DNA of 64,000 bases from IMG/VR virus record IMGVR_UViG_3300050034_000334, one strand, 5' to 3'. This DNA comes from a virus. Its lineage: Duplodnaviria; Caudoviricetes. A program made the translations under genes and the position numbers. The notes below the pieces were generated by a model, which was given only the letters and a program-made list of their open reading frames with translations, was not told where the DNA came from and did no database searches. This document shows, piece after piece, positions 25,597 to 35,612 of the stretch; the first letter of the stretch is position 1; each line of letters begins with the position of its first letter.

Positions 25597-25992
25597 TTAG
25601 TGAGACGTGGCTCTTTTACTGTGCTGATGACGATTGGCAAAGAACAGTCCCAAAGCCTGGATCAACAAGCCCAAACCAGTAAAGTAGTTTCCAATTGTAG
25701 CTTGGTCCAGATGCTGAGTAATTTTTCCCGGAATAGGATCTGGAACCTCTTTCTTGACCTCTGGAGGAGCAACAGACTTCTCCTCCTCAAAGGGAGCAAG
25801 AGACTTGTTGTGTGACTTGAAAACTGGATGGGGTGCTTGGGCTGCAGGGGCAACGATCTTCGCCTTCGCCTTCTGCTCTTCCTGCTTCAAAGCAGTGACA
25901 GCCTTGTGCTCCACGACTGACTTGTAGATACCGAATCCGCAGATTCCAAAAGCCAAGACCGTGCAGGCAATTGCAAGAGTGAGTTTAGACAT
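25597..25992 (-). CDS. hypothetical membrane protein
   Basis: N- and C-terminal hydrophobic helices; AGGAG RBS. Confidence 0.75.
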   Translation of the reverse strand: MSKLTLAIACTVLAFGICGFGIYKSVVEHKAVTALKQEEQKAKAKIVAPAAQAPHPVFKSHNKSLAPFEEEKSVAPPEVKKEVPDPIPGKITQHLDQATIGNYFTGLGLLIQALGLFFANRHQHSKRATSH

Positions 25993-26016
25993 CGTATCTC
26001 TCCTTGTACTAGAGAT

Positions 26017-26307
26017 TCAAAGTCTGGGTTGGTGGTGAAGATACTGCTTGACCTTCTCACTCTTCTCCAACACTCGTCTATCCACGTCATCATGAGAGAT
26101 GTCTTCAGCCTGATACAACAGTGTCACATCCCCGATTTCTCGAACTAGCTGCTCTCGATTCGTACCTCGCACCTGACCTGTTGGATCCCAGCTTTCATAG
26201 CCATGGCGAATGATCTTTCCGATTACTTGCTGAGCCTCTCCCATCTCTTCAGACAGGAGAGCTAGACGTTCAAGTTCAGCCGGTTCGAGTTCGTTGGAAA
26301 ATTCCAT
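26017..26307 (-). CDS. MazG-like nucleotide pyrophosphohydrolase
   Basis: EEMGE...K..RHG...EIGDV; GAGG RBS before ATG 26307. Confidence 0.75.
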   Translation of the reverse strand: MEFSNELEPAELERLALLSEEMGEAQQVIGKIIRHGYESWDPTGQVRGTNREQLVREIGDVTLLYQAEDISHDDVDRRVLEKSEKVKQYLHHQPRL

Positions 26308-26315
26308 AGTGACCT

Positions 26316-29300
26316 CTAACTGCATCCAGTTGTTTGTCCACAATCGTTGCACTTTTCACAGGTTCCGGATCTCACCATGTGCATAGATCCGCAAGCACCA
26401 CAGGAGTTCCCAGTGAAACCACTGCGCTTGGCTTCACTGGCCTCTGATACGGTTGGCAAACGTGTTTCTTTGTCTACTAACAGCCCCAATGATTTCACCT
26501 TTTCCTTGTCCTCAGGTTTGATGTGGGCAAGGTCATAGCGATCCAGATAGGTGATTGCCAACTCACGGAAGACATAATCCATCAGAGAAGTGGCATTCTT
26601 GACATAGCTGGAACCCTGAACAAATCCAGAAGGTTCAAACTTGGTGAAAGTGAACGCATCCACAAACTCCTCGAGCGGAACGCCGTACTGCAATCCCAGA
26701 CTGATGGCGATAGCAAAGCAGTTGAGGAGAGAACGCAAGGTTGCTCCCTCGCGACTGACATCGATGAAGACCTCTCCCAACCTGCCATCCTCGTACTCCC
26801 CGGTGTGCAGATAGAGGGAATGATCGCCAATTTTGGCCTTCTGTACAAATCCATGGCGACGGTATGGTAGACGCTTGCGAAATCCTCGAGCTAATGCTTC
26901 TGCCAAGACAGCAGCTTTTGTGTCGTTGTTGGCACCGCTGGTGAGCACTTCAACTTCCTTCTCATCCAGGCCCTCCAGCAGCTGCATGTTTGTGGCTAGA
27001 GCCTGTGACATCTTGGATCCGTCACGATACAGAGCCACTGCTTTGATGCCAAGTTCCCACGCCAACAGATGAATGTCATTGAAGTCTTGTTGAGTAGAGT
27101 TGGCCGGGAGATTTACAGTCTTGCTGATAGCTCCTGAAATGAAGGGTTGAACAGCTGCCATCATCTCCACATGAGCACGTGGAGAGATGAAACGAGTACC
27201 ATTTTCACCACACTTGTTGGCACAATCGAACACGGCCAAGTGAGCATTCTTCAAGGCCGGTGCCCCTTCGATGGTCTTCTCGTTCTCGATGTGCTTGAGG
27301 ATCTCAACCACTTGTTCGTCCGTGTACCCCAAGTTCTTCAAGGCCGGAGGGACAGACTGATTGACTATCTTGAAGTATCCTCCACCGGCCAACTTCTTGA
27401 ACTTCACCAGAGCATAGTCAGGTTCCGCTCCCGTCGTGTCGCAATCCATCACCAACCCGATGGTCCCTGTCGGAGCCAAGCAGGTGCTCTGGGCATTCCT
27501 CAACCCGAATTCCTCAACCTGAGACACTACCTTGTCCCAGATGTCACGAGCCTGAGTGACCAGCTTTCTTGGTCCACGATAGAGAAGTTTCAGACCCACA
27601 GGAGTAGTTGAAAGCCCATCGTATCCAAGCTCTCCATTGTAAGCAGCCGAACGATGGTTCCGCATCACTTTCAAGACAACCTCTCGATTTTCATCATAGC
27701 CAGGAAACACTCCCAACTTCTGAGCCAAATCTGAGGATGTCAGGTACGATTCACCTGTCATGATGGCAGTGATGGCCGCAGCCCAGTTTCGGCCGGTCTC
27801 ACTGTCATAAGGAAAGCCCAGCTGCATGAGCATGGCGCCAAGGTTCGCGTATCCCAAGCCCAGGGTGCGGAACTTGTATGACAACTCAGCAATCGAGGGT
27901 CCTGGGAACTGAGCCATCGTTACAGAAATCTCTAGAGCGATGGTTGTCAAACGGCAGCAATGGCGGAAGGCCTCGACGTTGAACTCTCCGTCTTCCAGGA
28001 ACTTCACGAGATTTGAGGAAGCCAGATTGCAGGCAGTGTCATCCAGGAACATGTACTCGCTGTTGTGTATAAACACACCAGAAAAGTTGTCGTGACCATT
28101 CACACAAGACGGTTTTGACGAAGTGAAAACAGCAAAGTTGTGGGTATTGTCTACCGTACCATCGTAGACGTCTTCATTACCACAGAACTCTACCGAAACA
28201 ACCGTATGGTTGAAGTTGACCACGGCCTCTTGTAGTAACTCATCAGTGGGGTACCAACGAACAATAGTGTCTTTTGTGGGAAATTTCTTCACTCCAAGTT
28301 GCTTTGCTACATCTCGTAGTTCTTCCCAATTTTCTAGAGAAAAAGAAACTCCATTATCTTGAAAAGTTCGAGCAACCTCAGCAATCATACCCTCGATTAA
28401 ACGCTTCGAGTGACGTTCTCCAAACATTTGTTTACCAAGTGGAGATCTCTGACATTCAGTACCACAGCAAATCTGATCCTCCAAAATGGTGATGAAATTA
28501 CCACGGCATATAGGGCAGCAACGCTCAAATCGTTCAGCAGTTACTGTACGACCAATATGCCTACCCTCTGATCGCATTTTTGTTTGTGTTTCTCTTATAG
28601 ATCTACTCAACTGTTCGTGTTGTTGGTGGTCTTCCCATCTAGAAACTGCAGAATTACTCATATTCTGTTTGGAAACTTCACTGTGCTGTTTTCCAAACAT
28701 AGGGTTAAGTTCACCAGTGATTGATTTTGAAATGTTGGCACGCCATTCATCATTCATTAAACGACGGGCTGGATTATTGTCACCAAGCATTGATTCCCGA
28801 TGCAAAGCTGCATGATCCTTCGCAGACAATAGCTTGAAATTTTGTGGGTTATCATTCAGAGCATCAAAATCAGAGTGATGAATGTGATAACCTTCCGGTG
28901 CTTGACCAAAAAAGAAATCGTTAATTAAACGATACTGCTGAGCCCAACGAGTACCTCCCCACACATTTCTACGACGCGTGGCTCCTTTTCCATTTTGGAT
29001 TATGGAAGAGTGAAAAGGCATAAGAGAATCACCAGGTTGTAGGTCTATAACCTTTCGGTATGAACCATCCCGCAGCATCATAAGTTCGTCGTCAGTAACA
29101 CGTAGGCTACTTCCATCGTCAAACGTAACGCAGAAAATGGGAGCATTAGTTCTTTTAACTCCAATATTCCACATCAATTCTATTGAAGTCTTTTGCGTCC
29201 TGTGATTCCTGGTAAACACAGGCACTTCTGTTCCTACCAAATCTCTAATAGGAACCGCTGTACGACCATCTGCTACAGCCACCAAAGTCTCCCCAGTAAC

Positions 29301-30710
29301 ACAGCACGGATTGCTGGCATTGATTCTTCCGGAATTCAGACAAGTGTGCCAGTCATTGATGGTCGTGTCGAACTGGATCCCAGGATCTGCACAAAGGAAA
29401 GAAGCCCGGTTGATCTGATCAAACAACTTCTTGGCCTTAAGAGTCTTGGCCACTTCCCCGGTGGTGCGGAAGGTCAGATTCCAGTCCCTGTCCTTTTTGA
29501 CGGCATGCATGAATTCATCTGTGACACGAATTGTGTTGTTGGCATTCATGCCTGAGACTGTCTGGTATGCCTCTCCCTCCCAGTTCAGATCGTACAGAGG
29601 AAGATCGTCAGTGAAGTCAGATTCAGACAAACGAGTCAGACACTGCCCTAGAAATGCTCCAGGCACTCCCATTTTTCTGGCATGGCTGATGACTTTGGCA
29701 AGCTCCTTGTTCTCTTTCGGATTTGCCTTCAAAGCCAAATCTTTGGAAGTGAAGGTGTTGTAAGCCTCCAGCATCTCTCCCCAGATGGTGCGAAGGAGTT
29801 GACTGCCAGCAGCCATTGCAACAACCTTGCGCTCTTCATTCACCTTCCAGTTGATGAAGGCCTCTACATCGGGATGGTCCACATTGAGAACAACCATCTT
29901 GGCTGCTCTGCGGGTGGTTCCTCCAGACTTCACTCCTCCGGCTCCGACGTCTCCCACCTTCAACCAAGACATGAGACCTGAGCTCTTTCCGCCGCCGCTC
30001 AAAGGTTCTCCATATCCACGCAGGGCAGAGAAGTTGGATCCTGTTCCGGAGCCATACTTGAACAAGCGAGCCTCGCGATGGAACAGGTCGAAGATTCCTC
30101 CAGGATTGACGAGGTCGTCTTTCACTCCCTGAATGAAGCAGGCATGAGGCTGAGGACGCTTGTACGCAGAATCGCTCACGGTCAACTCTTTGGTGCCGTC
30201 GTCGACATAGTAGTGACCCTGTGGATCTCCCTCAATTCCGTATGCCCAGTACAAGCCGGTATTGAACCACTGAGGGGAATTGGGAGCAACGTACTGCATC
30301 ACCACCATGTAGAGCATCTCGTCGTAGTAGGCTTGGGCGTCTTTCTCTGAAGAGAAGTATCCGTATTCCTCTCCCCACCCAGTCCAGCAACCTACGATTC
30401 TATGAGCAGTCTGTCTCACATCAGTTTCGTAAGTGATCCCATCCGGATGGTCCAGCTTGGAGGCCCACTCGGTGGAGTACTTGCTGTTGTAAAGGGAGTT
30501 GGGGTGGTTGTGATTCACTCCTTGCCGGCGGAAATACTTCTGGGCAAGGATATCCAAGGCAGTCTGAGACCAGGATTCTGGCACGATGACATTGTCGTTC
30601 TCAAAAACCACAGAATTGTCTGGTCTAACGATGTTGGAGCATCTCCGTATGAAGCTGATGCCCTCTAAAGGCGACTGTCCGGCCTTGGTGAAAATTCGCT
30701 TTACCTTCAT
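26316..30710 (-). CDS. nrdJ: class II (adenosylcobalamin-dependent) ribonucleotide reductase, intein-containing
   Basis: PNSP.WFN, ACFI, TRRAAKM, NPC|SEY, ACNLAS, GLGYANLG, IAPTGT-like LAPTGT, ISKTVN, C-terminal TSCPD-like domain and Zn ribbon. Confidence 0.95.
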   Translation of the reverse strand: MKVKRIFTKAGQSPLEGISFIRRCSNIVRPDNSVVFENDNVIVPESWSQTALDILAQKYFRRQGVNHNHPNSLYNSKYSTEWASKLDHPDGITYETDVRQTAHRIVGCWTGWGEEYGYFSSEKDAQAYYDEMLYMVVMQYVAPNSPQWFNTGLYWAYGIEGDPQGHYYVDDGTKELTVSDSAYKRPQPHACFIQGVKDDLVNPGGIFDLFHREARLFKYGSGTGSNFSALRGYGEPLSGGGKSSGLMSWLKVGDVGAGGVKSGGTTRRAAKMVVLNVDHPDVEAFINWKVNEERKVVAMAAGSQLLRTIWGEMLEAYNTFTSKDLALKANPKENKELAKVISHARKMGVPGAFLGQCLTRLSESDFTDDLPLYDLNWEGEAYQTVSGMNANNTIRVTDEFMHAVKKDRDWNLTFRTTGEVAKTLKAKKLFDQINRASFLCADPGIQFDTTINDWHTCLNSGRINASNPCCVTGETLVAVADGRTAVPIRDLVGTEVPVFTRNHRTQKTSIELMWNIGVKRTNAPIFCVTFDDGSSLRVTDDELMMLRDGSYRKVIDLQPGDSLMPFHSSIIQNGKGATRRRNVWGGTRWAQQYRLINDFFFGQAPEGYHIHHSDFDALNDNPQNFKLLSAKDHAALHRESMLGDNNPARRLMNDEWRANISKSITGELNPMFGKQHSEVSKQNMSNSAVSRWEDHQQHEQLSRSIRETQTKMRSEGRHIGRTVTAERFERCCPICRGNFITILEDQICCGTECQRSPLGKQMFGERHSKRLIEGMIAEVARTFQDNGVSFSLENWEELRDVAKQLGVKKFPTKDTIVRWYPTDELLQEAVVNFNHTVVSVEFCGNEDVYDGTVDNTHNFAVFTSSKPSCVNGHDNFSGVFIHNSEYMFLDDTACNLASSNLVKFLEDGEFNVEAFRHCCRLTTIALEISVTMAQFPGPSIAELSYKFRTLGLGYANLGAMLMQLGFPYDSETGRNWAAAITAIMTGESYLTSSDLAQKLGVFPGYDENREVVLKVMRNHRSAAYNGELGYDGLSTTPVGLKLLYRGPRKLVTQARDIWDKVVSQVEEFGLRNAQSTCLAPTGTIGLVMDCDTTGAEPDYALVKFKKLAGGGYFKIVNQSVPPALKNLGYTDEQVVEILKHIENEKTIEGAPALKNAHLAVFDCANKCGENGTRFISPRAHVEMMAAVQPFISGAISKTVNLPANSTQQDFNDIHLLAWELGIKAVALYRDGSKMSQALATNMQLLEGLDEKEVEVLTSGANNDTKAAVLAEALARGFRKRLPYRRHGFVQKAKIGDHSLYLHTGEYEDGRLGEVFIDVSREGATLRSLLNCFAIAISLGLQYGVPLEEFVDAFTFTKFEPSGFVQGSSYVKNATSLMDYVFRELAITYLDRYDLAHIKPEDKEKVKSLGLLVDKETRLPTVSEASEAKRSGFTGNSCGACGSMHMVRSGTCEKCNDCGQTTGCS
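28062..29303 (-). mobile_element. intein (414 aa) with HNH endonuclease and NUMOD3-like segment
   Basis: Begins CVTGETLV, ends VYDGTV..THNF...FIHN|S; HIHH.D....ND...N...H HNH motif; AT-richer than exteins. Confidence 0.92.
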
Positions 30711-30895
30711 GCTATTGTGTCCTTGGGTATGGGGGATTTCGAGGGTCAGAAATCGTACGTGATGATTCAATACTCAGCCTATGAAAGATTGGTTACAAGT
30801 TACCGATTACCAAGGTGGTTACTCACTCGGGTGCGTATTTCTTCATGCGGCGAAAGCATCGCCAAACGCTGGTCTCACTGGTAGGATGGATAAGT

Positions 30896-32074
30896 ATGTC
30901 AACTCCACGAAAGCAGTACATTGCTATCAAGAACTGGGATAGGTACCAGTGTGACAGCAAAGGACAAGTCAGAAATACTCCCAGCCCTTGGATTAAGGAT
31001 TGGTGTAATAAGGAAGACGACTATGAATACACACAATTGAATAGTTCTAGAAGGTACACATACGATGCTCTACGGAGATTGCGCGGAAGGTATGGGAAAA
31101 ATCCAACTCACGATCTTGAGTACCTTCGCAATCAGTTGTCACTGAAGAAGGGAGATCGTGAAAATCTAGGTCCAACCATCAAGAAACTATGGGAACTCCG
31201 ACTTGTGGTAATTGTGTTTTCTGAAATCGGAGATGACTTGCTTGCTGATGATATCGTGCCGGAAGAAGATATCGATTTTGAACAGAAGAGCCCATCGTTA
31301 GCCCACGGTGCGCCCATCGTTAGCCCATCGTTAGCCCACGGTGCGCCCATCGTTAGCCCATCGTTAGCCCACGGTGCGCCCACAACCCTCGATGTAACTT
31401 CCATAGAACTGCTACCCATTTCCGAGAAGAGAGAAGAGAAAGAAGAAGAAGAAGAGGAAGAGGAAGAGGAAGAGTCTCCACCTCCTCCAGATGATGATTT
31501 GATACCTGGTGAAAGCAGGGAGAACCCTGCACCCCTCTTGTCGTCTTCGTCGAGTTCTTCTCCGGTTGCGTTTGGCGTCGGGCCTTGTCCTCCGGACTTC
31601 GATTTTGGCGCGTACAAGATCCCTATGGATTCCCGCAATTTGCCTCATCCTAGTTTCTGGAATCCTCTTCCGGCTGATTGGAAAGACGGATACCGCGTTT
31701 GGAAGAAGGGGAAGGATGACGAAGCCGAGAAAGCCAGATTCAAGTCAAGGCCTCCAGCTAAGGCTGAAGGCAAGAAAACTTCCGAGTATCAAGCAACTCA
31801 GGGAGTTTTTGATCCTGCTACATACGCCAAGAAGATCGGCAAGTACTCTGCGGAGTTTGTTCACGACCTCTGCAAATGGGAGTGGGATCTTAACGAGGAC
31901 CATGATCACTACTGGTGCTGGATTGTAACTGAAGAGGATCTCATCAAGCAGTTTGACAAGATCATCAAGCACAAGCAGGAGCAAGAGAAGAAGTCTCAAT
32001 ACCAGAAGAAGGATCCCAAGAAGAAATTCCACCAAACTCTGAAAGGAAACATCAATGACTATAACATCCACTGA
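30896..32074 (+). CDS. putative replication initiator (replisome organiser-type)
   Basis: IKNWDRYQ N-terminal motif, internal tandem repeats and acidic linker, directly upstream of DnaC-like loader. Confidence 0.6.
   Translation: MSTPRKQYIAIKNWDRYQCDSKGQVRNTPSPWIKDWCNKEDDYEYTQLNSSRRYTYDALRRLRGRYGKNPTHDLEYLRNQLSLKKGDRENLGPTIKKLWELRLVVIVFSEIGDDLLADDIVPEEDIDFEQKSPSLAHGAPIVSPSLAHGAPIVSPSLAHGAPTTLDVTSIELLPISEKREEKEEEEEEEEEEESPPPPDDDLIPGESRENPAPLLSSSSSSSPVAFGVGPCPPDFDFGAYKIPMDSRNLPHPSFWNPLPADWKDGYRVWKKGKDDEAEKARFKSRPPAKAEGKKTSEYQATQGVFDPATYAKKIGKYSAEFVHDLCKWEWDLNEDHDHYWCWIVTEEDLIKQFDKIIKHKQEQEKKSQYQKKDPKKKFHQTLKGNINDYNIH
31289..31382. repeat. 33-bp tandem repeat x2.8 built from 11-bp subunits (iteron-like)
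   Basis: agcccatcgtt-agcccacggtg-cgcccatcgtt repeated. Confidence 0.95.
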
Positions 32075-32711
32075 GCAACTCGAGCTTAGAAAAGTCGAGA
32101 AACGTCGCATAGTGACGGATATTCTGACGAAGATTCCTGAACGACATCGGGGTGTATCGTTCAATTCCATCATACCCAAACATCCGAAGATCAAGGTCTC
32201 TGATGAACGGTGGTCAGAAGTTGTCAAATTGGTCAATGACTGGACCAGTGGTCCCACAATTGACAAGGGAGTGATCCTATTTGGGCCTCCAGCAACAGGT
32301 AAGACTACTCTACTGGCTGCTATCTTCCTGAGAATTGCTGTCAAACAGGCTTTGTTCAGAGTCGATCACACGGGTCACGGATACAGTCCGTACTGGGTTG
32401 ATATCGGCCATTGGTCTGAACAGATGGCAAATTGGAGTAATCCTCCTGCTCTCAATCTTGACTACATGAACACTCTATCGCTCCCGGTTCATCTCTTTCT
32501 TGATGAGTTCGACAAGGTAACCGACAATCCTCCTCGTAGACAAGAGTGCCTGAACACTTTTGTCCGGATTGCCTATGCCAAGACTTGTCCCATGTTTATT
32601 GCCACCAACCTGACGGTCGCAGAATATCTAGGCATGGATCTGTATGTAGGTCGCAGAATCACCGAAGATGGCGACAATCTGATGATTGACTTGTACAACA
32701 CAGGACTGTGA
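32055..32711 (+). CDS. DnaC/IstB-like AAA+ ATPase (helicase loader)
   Basis: GPPATGKTT Walker A, FLDEF Walker B, IATN sensor, GRRI arginine finger. Confidence 0.85.
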   Translation: MTITSTEQLELRKVEKRRIVTDILTKIPERHRGVSFNSIIPKHPKIKVSDERWSEVVKLVNDWTSGPTIDKGVILFGPPATGKTTLLAAIFLRIAVKQALFRVDHTGHGYSPYWVDIGHWSEQMANWSNPPALNLDYMNTLSLPVHLFLDEFDKVTDNPPRRQECLNTFVRIAYAKTCPMFIATNLTVAEYLGMDLYVGRRITEDGDNLMIDLYNTGL

Positions 32712-32750
32712 TAGTGAGTCCGAATTGACGGATATCTCCCCACGAGGTAT

Positions 32751-33197
32751 ATGAACACAGTTGAAGTCAAGCTGCTCAAGTACAAATTCACATTCCGGCA
32801 ACTTGCTTGGCGAGAGGAGCATGCCATCAAGTTCGAAGGCAAGGATGCTCGAAGAGTACTCCTGTCTTCGGCACTCCACGAGATCTCTGGTCTAGCAGTG
32901 ACTTCCTACGAAGAAGCCTATCGAGTCATCGAGGCTCTCCCAGTTCCTATCCTGAATCGCGTCTTCGTGATGTACAAGGGTGGACTCCCCAATAACCGGG
33001 AATTCACCACGCTGAATCTCTACCAGGCTCCCTCGCCGCGCTCCTATCAAGAGCAACAGGCCCGGGAGGAGGCTGCCAAAACTCTCAAAGTGGAGTCCAA
33101 GTTAGACGAGGTCGAGGCTAACATCCTCAAAGAAGCTCGTGATGGCAAGGGAGGATTCAAGGGTGCTGTCAAGCTAGAGGAGAAGACCCTTGCCTAA
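32751..33197 (+). CDS. hypothetical protein (possible tail assembly chaperone)
   Basis: GAGG RBS; position upstream of tape measure. Confidence 0.7.
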   Translation: MNTVEVKLLKYKFTFRQLAWREEHAIKFEGKDARRVLLSSALHEISGLAVTSYEEAYRVIEALPVPILNRVFVMYKGGLPNNREFTTLNLYQAPSPRSYQEQQAREEAAKTLKVESKLDEVEANILKEARDGKGGFKGAVKLEEKTLA

Positions 33198-34260
33198 TAA
33201 GAGAATCACTTCTGGCGTCGAAGCGATGAAGCTCCTGAATGCAGGAGTCTTCCAGCAGGTTCCTCTTGAAATCGTGGACAAGGTCAAGACTCAGGTGAGT
33301 CGAGCTTGCGAGGAGATTCTAGAATGTGGCGCTCGAATTCGTCCTCTTCGAGTGAACGACAAGCAGATTGGATGGGTTCGTGGAGTTCATCTAAGTGAGA
33401 GGCGAATTCTACATCGCTGGCTCTCTGATCCATTGGAATTTCTCACGGAAGTCCTACTGCTTGGAACCTCATTCACACGAGCTCAGATCGAGGAGATGAC
33501 GTCCATTGAGATTCGTTCGTTAGCTCGCTTGCTCGCCAGGATGCAAGAGTACGAACTCTCAGTCTATCCCTACATGAGTGCCTACTCTACCACTCTCTCC
33601 AGCGAGAAACTGTGGCATTCTAGAGGCACAACACTGTCCTCCTACTCGGATAAGATGATTCAACTTCCCAATGGAGGCGTCATGAAGATCCTGGCTCCTC
33701 CTGATCATGCCAACATTTGGGCAACCCTTTGCACCTATCGGGAGGAGAACAAGGTCAAGATCGAAAGCAATCTCAATGCTTTGATGATCACTCGAGCTTT
33801 TGTGGGTAGCAGAGCTACAACTCATCTTTCGGAAGAGCTCAGACGGGCGTCTCAGAGCCTTCGTCCAGACTTACAAGAGCCTTGGCAGAAGATTGTGAAG
33901 CCGGTGCGTGAGTACAAAGAGGATGGCTGGGCTCACGGCGGTGGCGATTCCATTGAAGAACTCATGAAAGAGATGCATGGCATCGACAGCTTTGACAAAC
34001 ACGAACAACTCATGGCGGCCTTCGAGAAACAGCAACGTGAAGCGGCAGAGAAGGAGAAGGATCGCATCGAGGATTTGGTGCGTAAGTATCACAAGGACGA
34101 GCCGGTTTGGGAAGACTCAATGCCAGTCATCTTGTCTGATGCTGAGGTTCGGCACCAGGAGCAGGAACTCAAGAAGAATCGCAAGGTCCTCAACCCGATC
34201 GTGCCCTATGAATCTCAAACTCCTCAGGAGAGGATCCGCCGGTTCGATCAGAATCGTTAA
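33190..34260 (+). CDS. hypothetical protein (possible tail assembly chaperone)
   Basis: 356 aa helical ORF overlapping previous stop. Confidence 0.75.
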   Translation: MPNKRITSGVEAMKLLNAGVFQQVPLEIVDKVKTQVSRACEEILECGARIRPLRVNDKQIGWVRGVHLSERRILHRWLSDPLEFLTEVLLLGTSFTRAQIEEMTSIEIRSLARLLARMQEYELSVYPYMSAYSTTLSSEKLWHSRGTTLSSYSDKMIQLPNGGVMKILAPPDHANIWATLCTYREENKVKIESNLNALMITRAFVGSRATTHLSEELRRASQSLRPDLQEPWQKIVKPVREYKEDGWAHGGGDSIEELMKEMHGIDSFDKHEQLMAAFEKQQREAAEKEKDRIEDLVRKYHKDEPVWEDSMPVILSDAEVRHQEQELKKNRKVLNPIVPYESQTPQERIRRFDQNR

Positions 34261-34309
34261 CGAATTCCGATTTATCAACTCTGACATGGTTTAGTGAGGG
34301 ATGTCCTTC

Positions 34310-34966
34310 ATGCTTATTTACAAAATCACAAATCGAGTGAACGGTAAGGTCTACATCGGAAAGTGGCAAGGTAGACGTGTGGAAGACCGTTGGAAGGTTC
34401 ACTTGGCTTGTGCAGCAGAAGGCAGCCGATTTCATTTTCATAGAGCTATCCGAAAGTTTGGTCCTGATGCTTTTCAAGTGGAAGTTTTGAGAGAAACTGA
34501 TGATGGGATAGAACTTTGTCTACTTGAGAAAGAGTTAATAGCTTTCTTTCAGAGCAGTAATCCAGAATTCGGATACAACATGACTCTAGGAGGAGATGGA
34601 ATCCCTGGATTTTCTCACACGGAAGAAACTAAGCGGAAGATTGGGAATGCTAATAGAGGAAAGGTAATATCAGATGTTGGGAGAGATCGGATGTCAGCAT
34701 CTCATATGGGAATACCTCTCACTTCTAAGTGTAGACAAAATATGAGTTTGACTCAAAAGAGGATTGGTAACAAACCACCTCCAGGATCTCACGTCGTTCC
34801 TCACAGTGAGGAGTCTAAAAATCTCATAAGTGAAAAAACCAAGCAAGGAATGGCTTTTGTGGACAAACAAAAACTGCGCGAAAGTAGTATTCGTGCAAGT
34901 CACAAAAGATGGCACACTAAACGAGGGATTGCTAACCCCAAATGTTCTTTGTGTTTGGAGAATTGA
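34310..34966 (+). CDS. GIY-YIG homing endonuclease with NUMOD3
   Basis: LIYKITN..NGKVYIG, RW..H, GYNMTLGG, HTEETKRKIG. Confidence 0.92.
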   Translation: MLIYKITNRVNGKVYIGKWQGRRVEDRWKVHLACAAEGSRFHFHRAIRKFGPDAFQVEVLRETDDGIELCLLEKELIAFFQSSNPEFGYNMTLGGDGIPGFSHTEETKRKIGNANRGKVISDVGRDRMSASHMGIPLTSKCRQNMSLTQKRIGNKPPPGSHVVPHSEESKNLISEKTKQGMAFVDKQKLRESSIRASHKRWHTKRGIANPKCSLCLEN

Positions 34967-34967
34967 A

Positions 34968-35609
34968 ATGGAAGTTGAAACTGTGATGGTTGAAGAGTCT
35001 TCGCCTAAGTCCATTGACGAGATAGTTGCTAGTTTGAAAGGCTTCGGAATCACAGATTTTGAAGAGATCCTCACTGTCAAGGTCGGTCCCAAAGAACTCC
35101 GTCTCAGGATCGCCAATCTTCCAACTGAAGAAGAGATGAACTCGCTTTTCGCAGTGGAGGAGTACAAGGGATACGCCTGGGTTCAGCACATCAAGTGCGA
35201 GATCTTGTCTCGGTCCATCTCTTGGATCAATGGCATCGACATTCGCAATCTGACTTCCACACAGCGGATGGTTGTGGATCCCACGGATAAGGAAGGAGTT
35301 CAGAAGGACATCCAAGTTGTCCTCCGGAACCTCTTGATGGGTTGGGGTCAGGAATTGGTGGGTGTTCTGTGGAAAGTGCTCATGGTCCATGCTCAGCGCA
35401 TTACCGACCGGCTGTATGAGCAATTCCCCGACAGCGCCATCATGACGGAATACGAGAAGAGATTCATGGAGCATGCACAGGAAGAAATCGAGCAGGCGAC
35501 CGCCGACAATATCCGGCAGCAGATTTCTGAAATGTACGATCCTGAAGTAGATGTGCCCAAGGATTCGGAGCCTGAACCTCAAACTCCTCCTAAGACAAAG
35601 GAAAAGTAG
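34968..35609 (+). CDS. hypothetical protein, probable tail assembly chaperone
   Basis: GGAG RBS, ATG 34968; immediately precedes tape measure. Confidence 0.7.
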   Translation: MEVETVMVEESSPKSIDEIVASLKGFGITDFEEILTVKVGPKELRLRIANLPTEEEMNSLFAVEEYKGYAWVQHIKCEILSRSISWINGIDIRNLTSTQRMVVDPTDKEGVQKDIQVVLRNLLMGWGQELVGVLWKVLMVHAQRITDRLYEQFPDSAIMTEYEKRFMEHAQEEIEQATADNIRQQISEMYDPEVDVPKDSEPEPQTPPKTKEK

Positions 35610-35612
35610 ACT

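Noticed and set aside
31289-31382. CRISPR from the 33-bp repeat
   Set aside because: Perfectly tandem, no spacers, in frame within a CDS.
31424-31473. Purine run as an independent microsatellite
   Set aside because: Encodes a poly-Glu linker; treated as part of the origin hypothesis.
32751-35609. Programmed -1 frameshift in tail assembly chaperones
   Set aside because: No X XXY YYZ slippery heptamer seen at the ORF ends.
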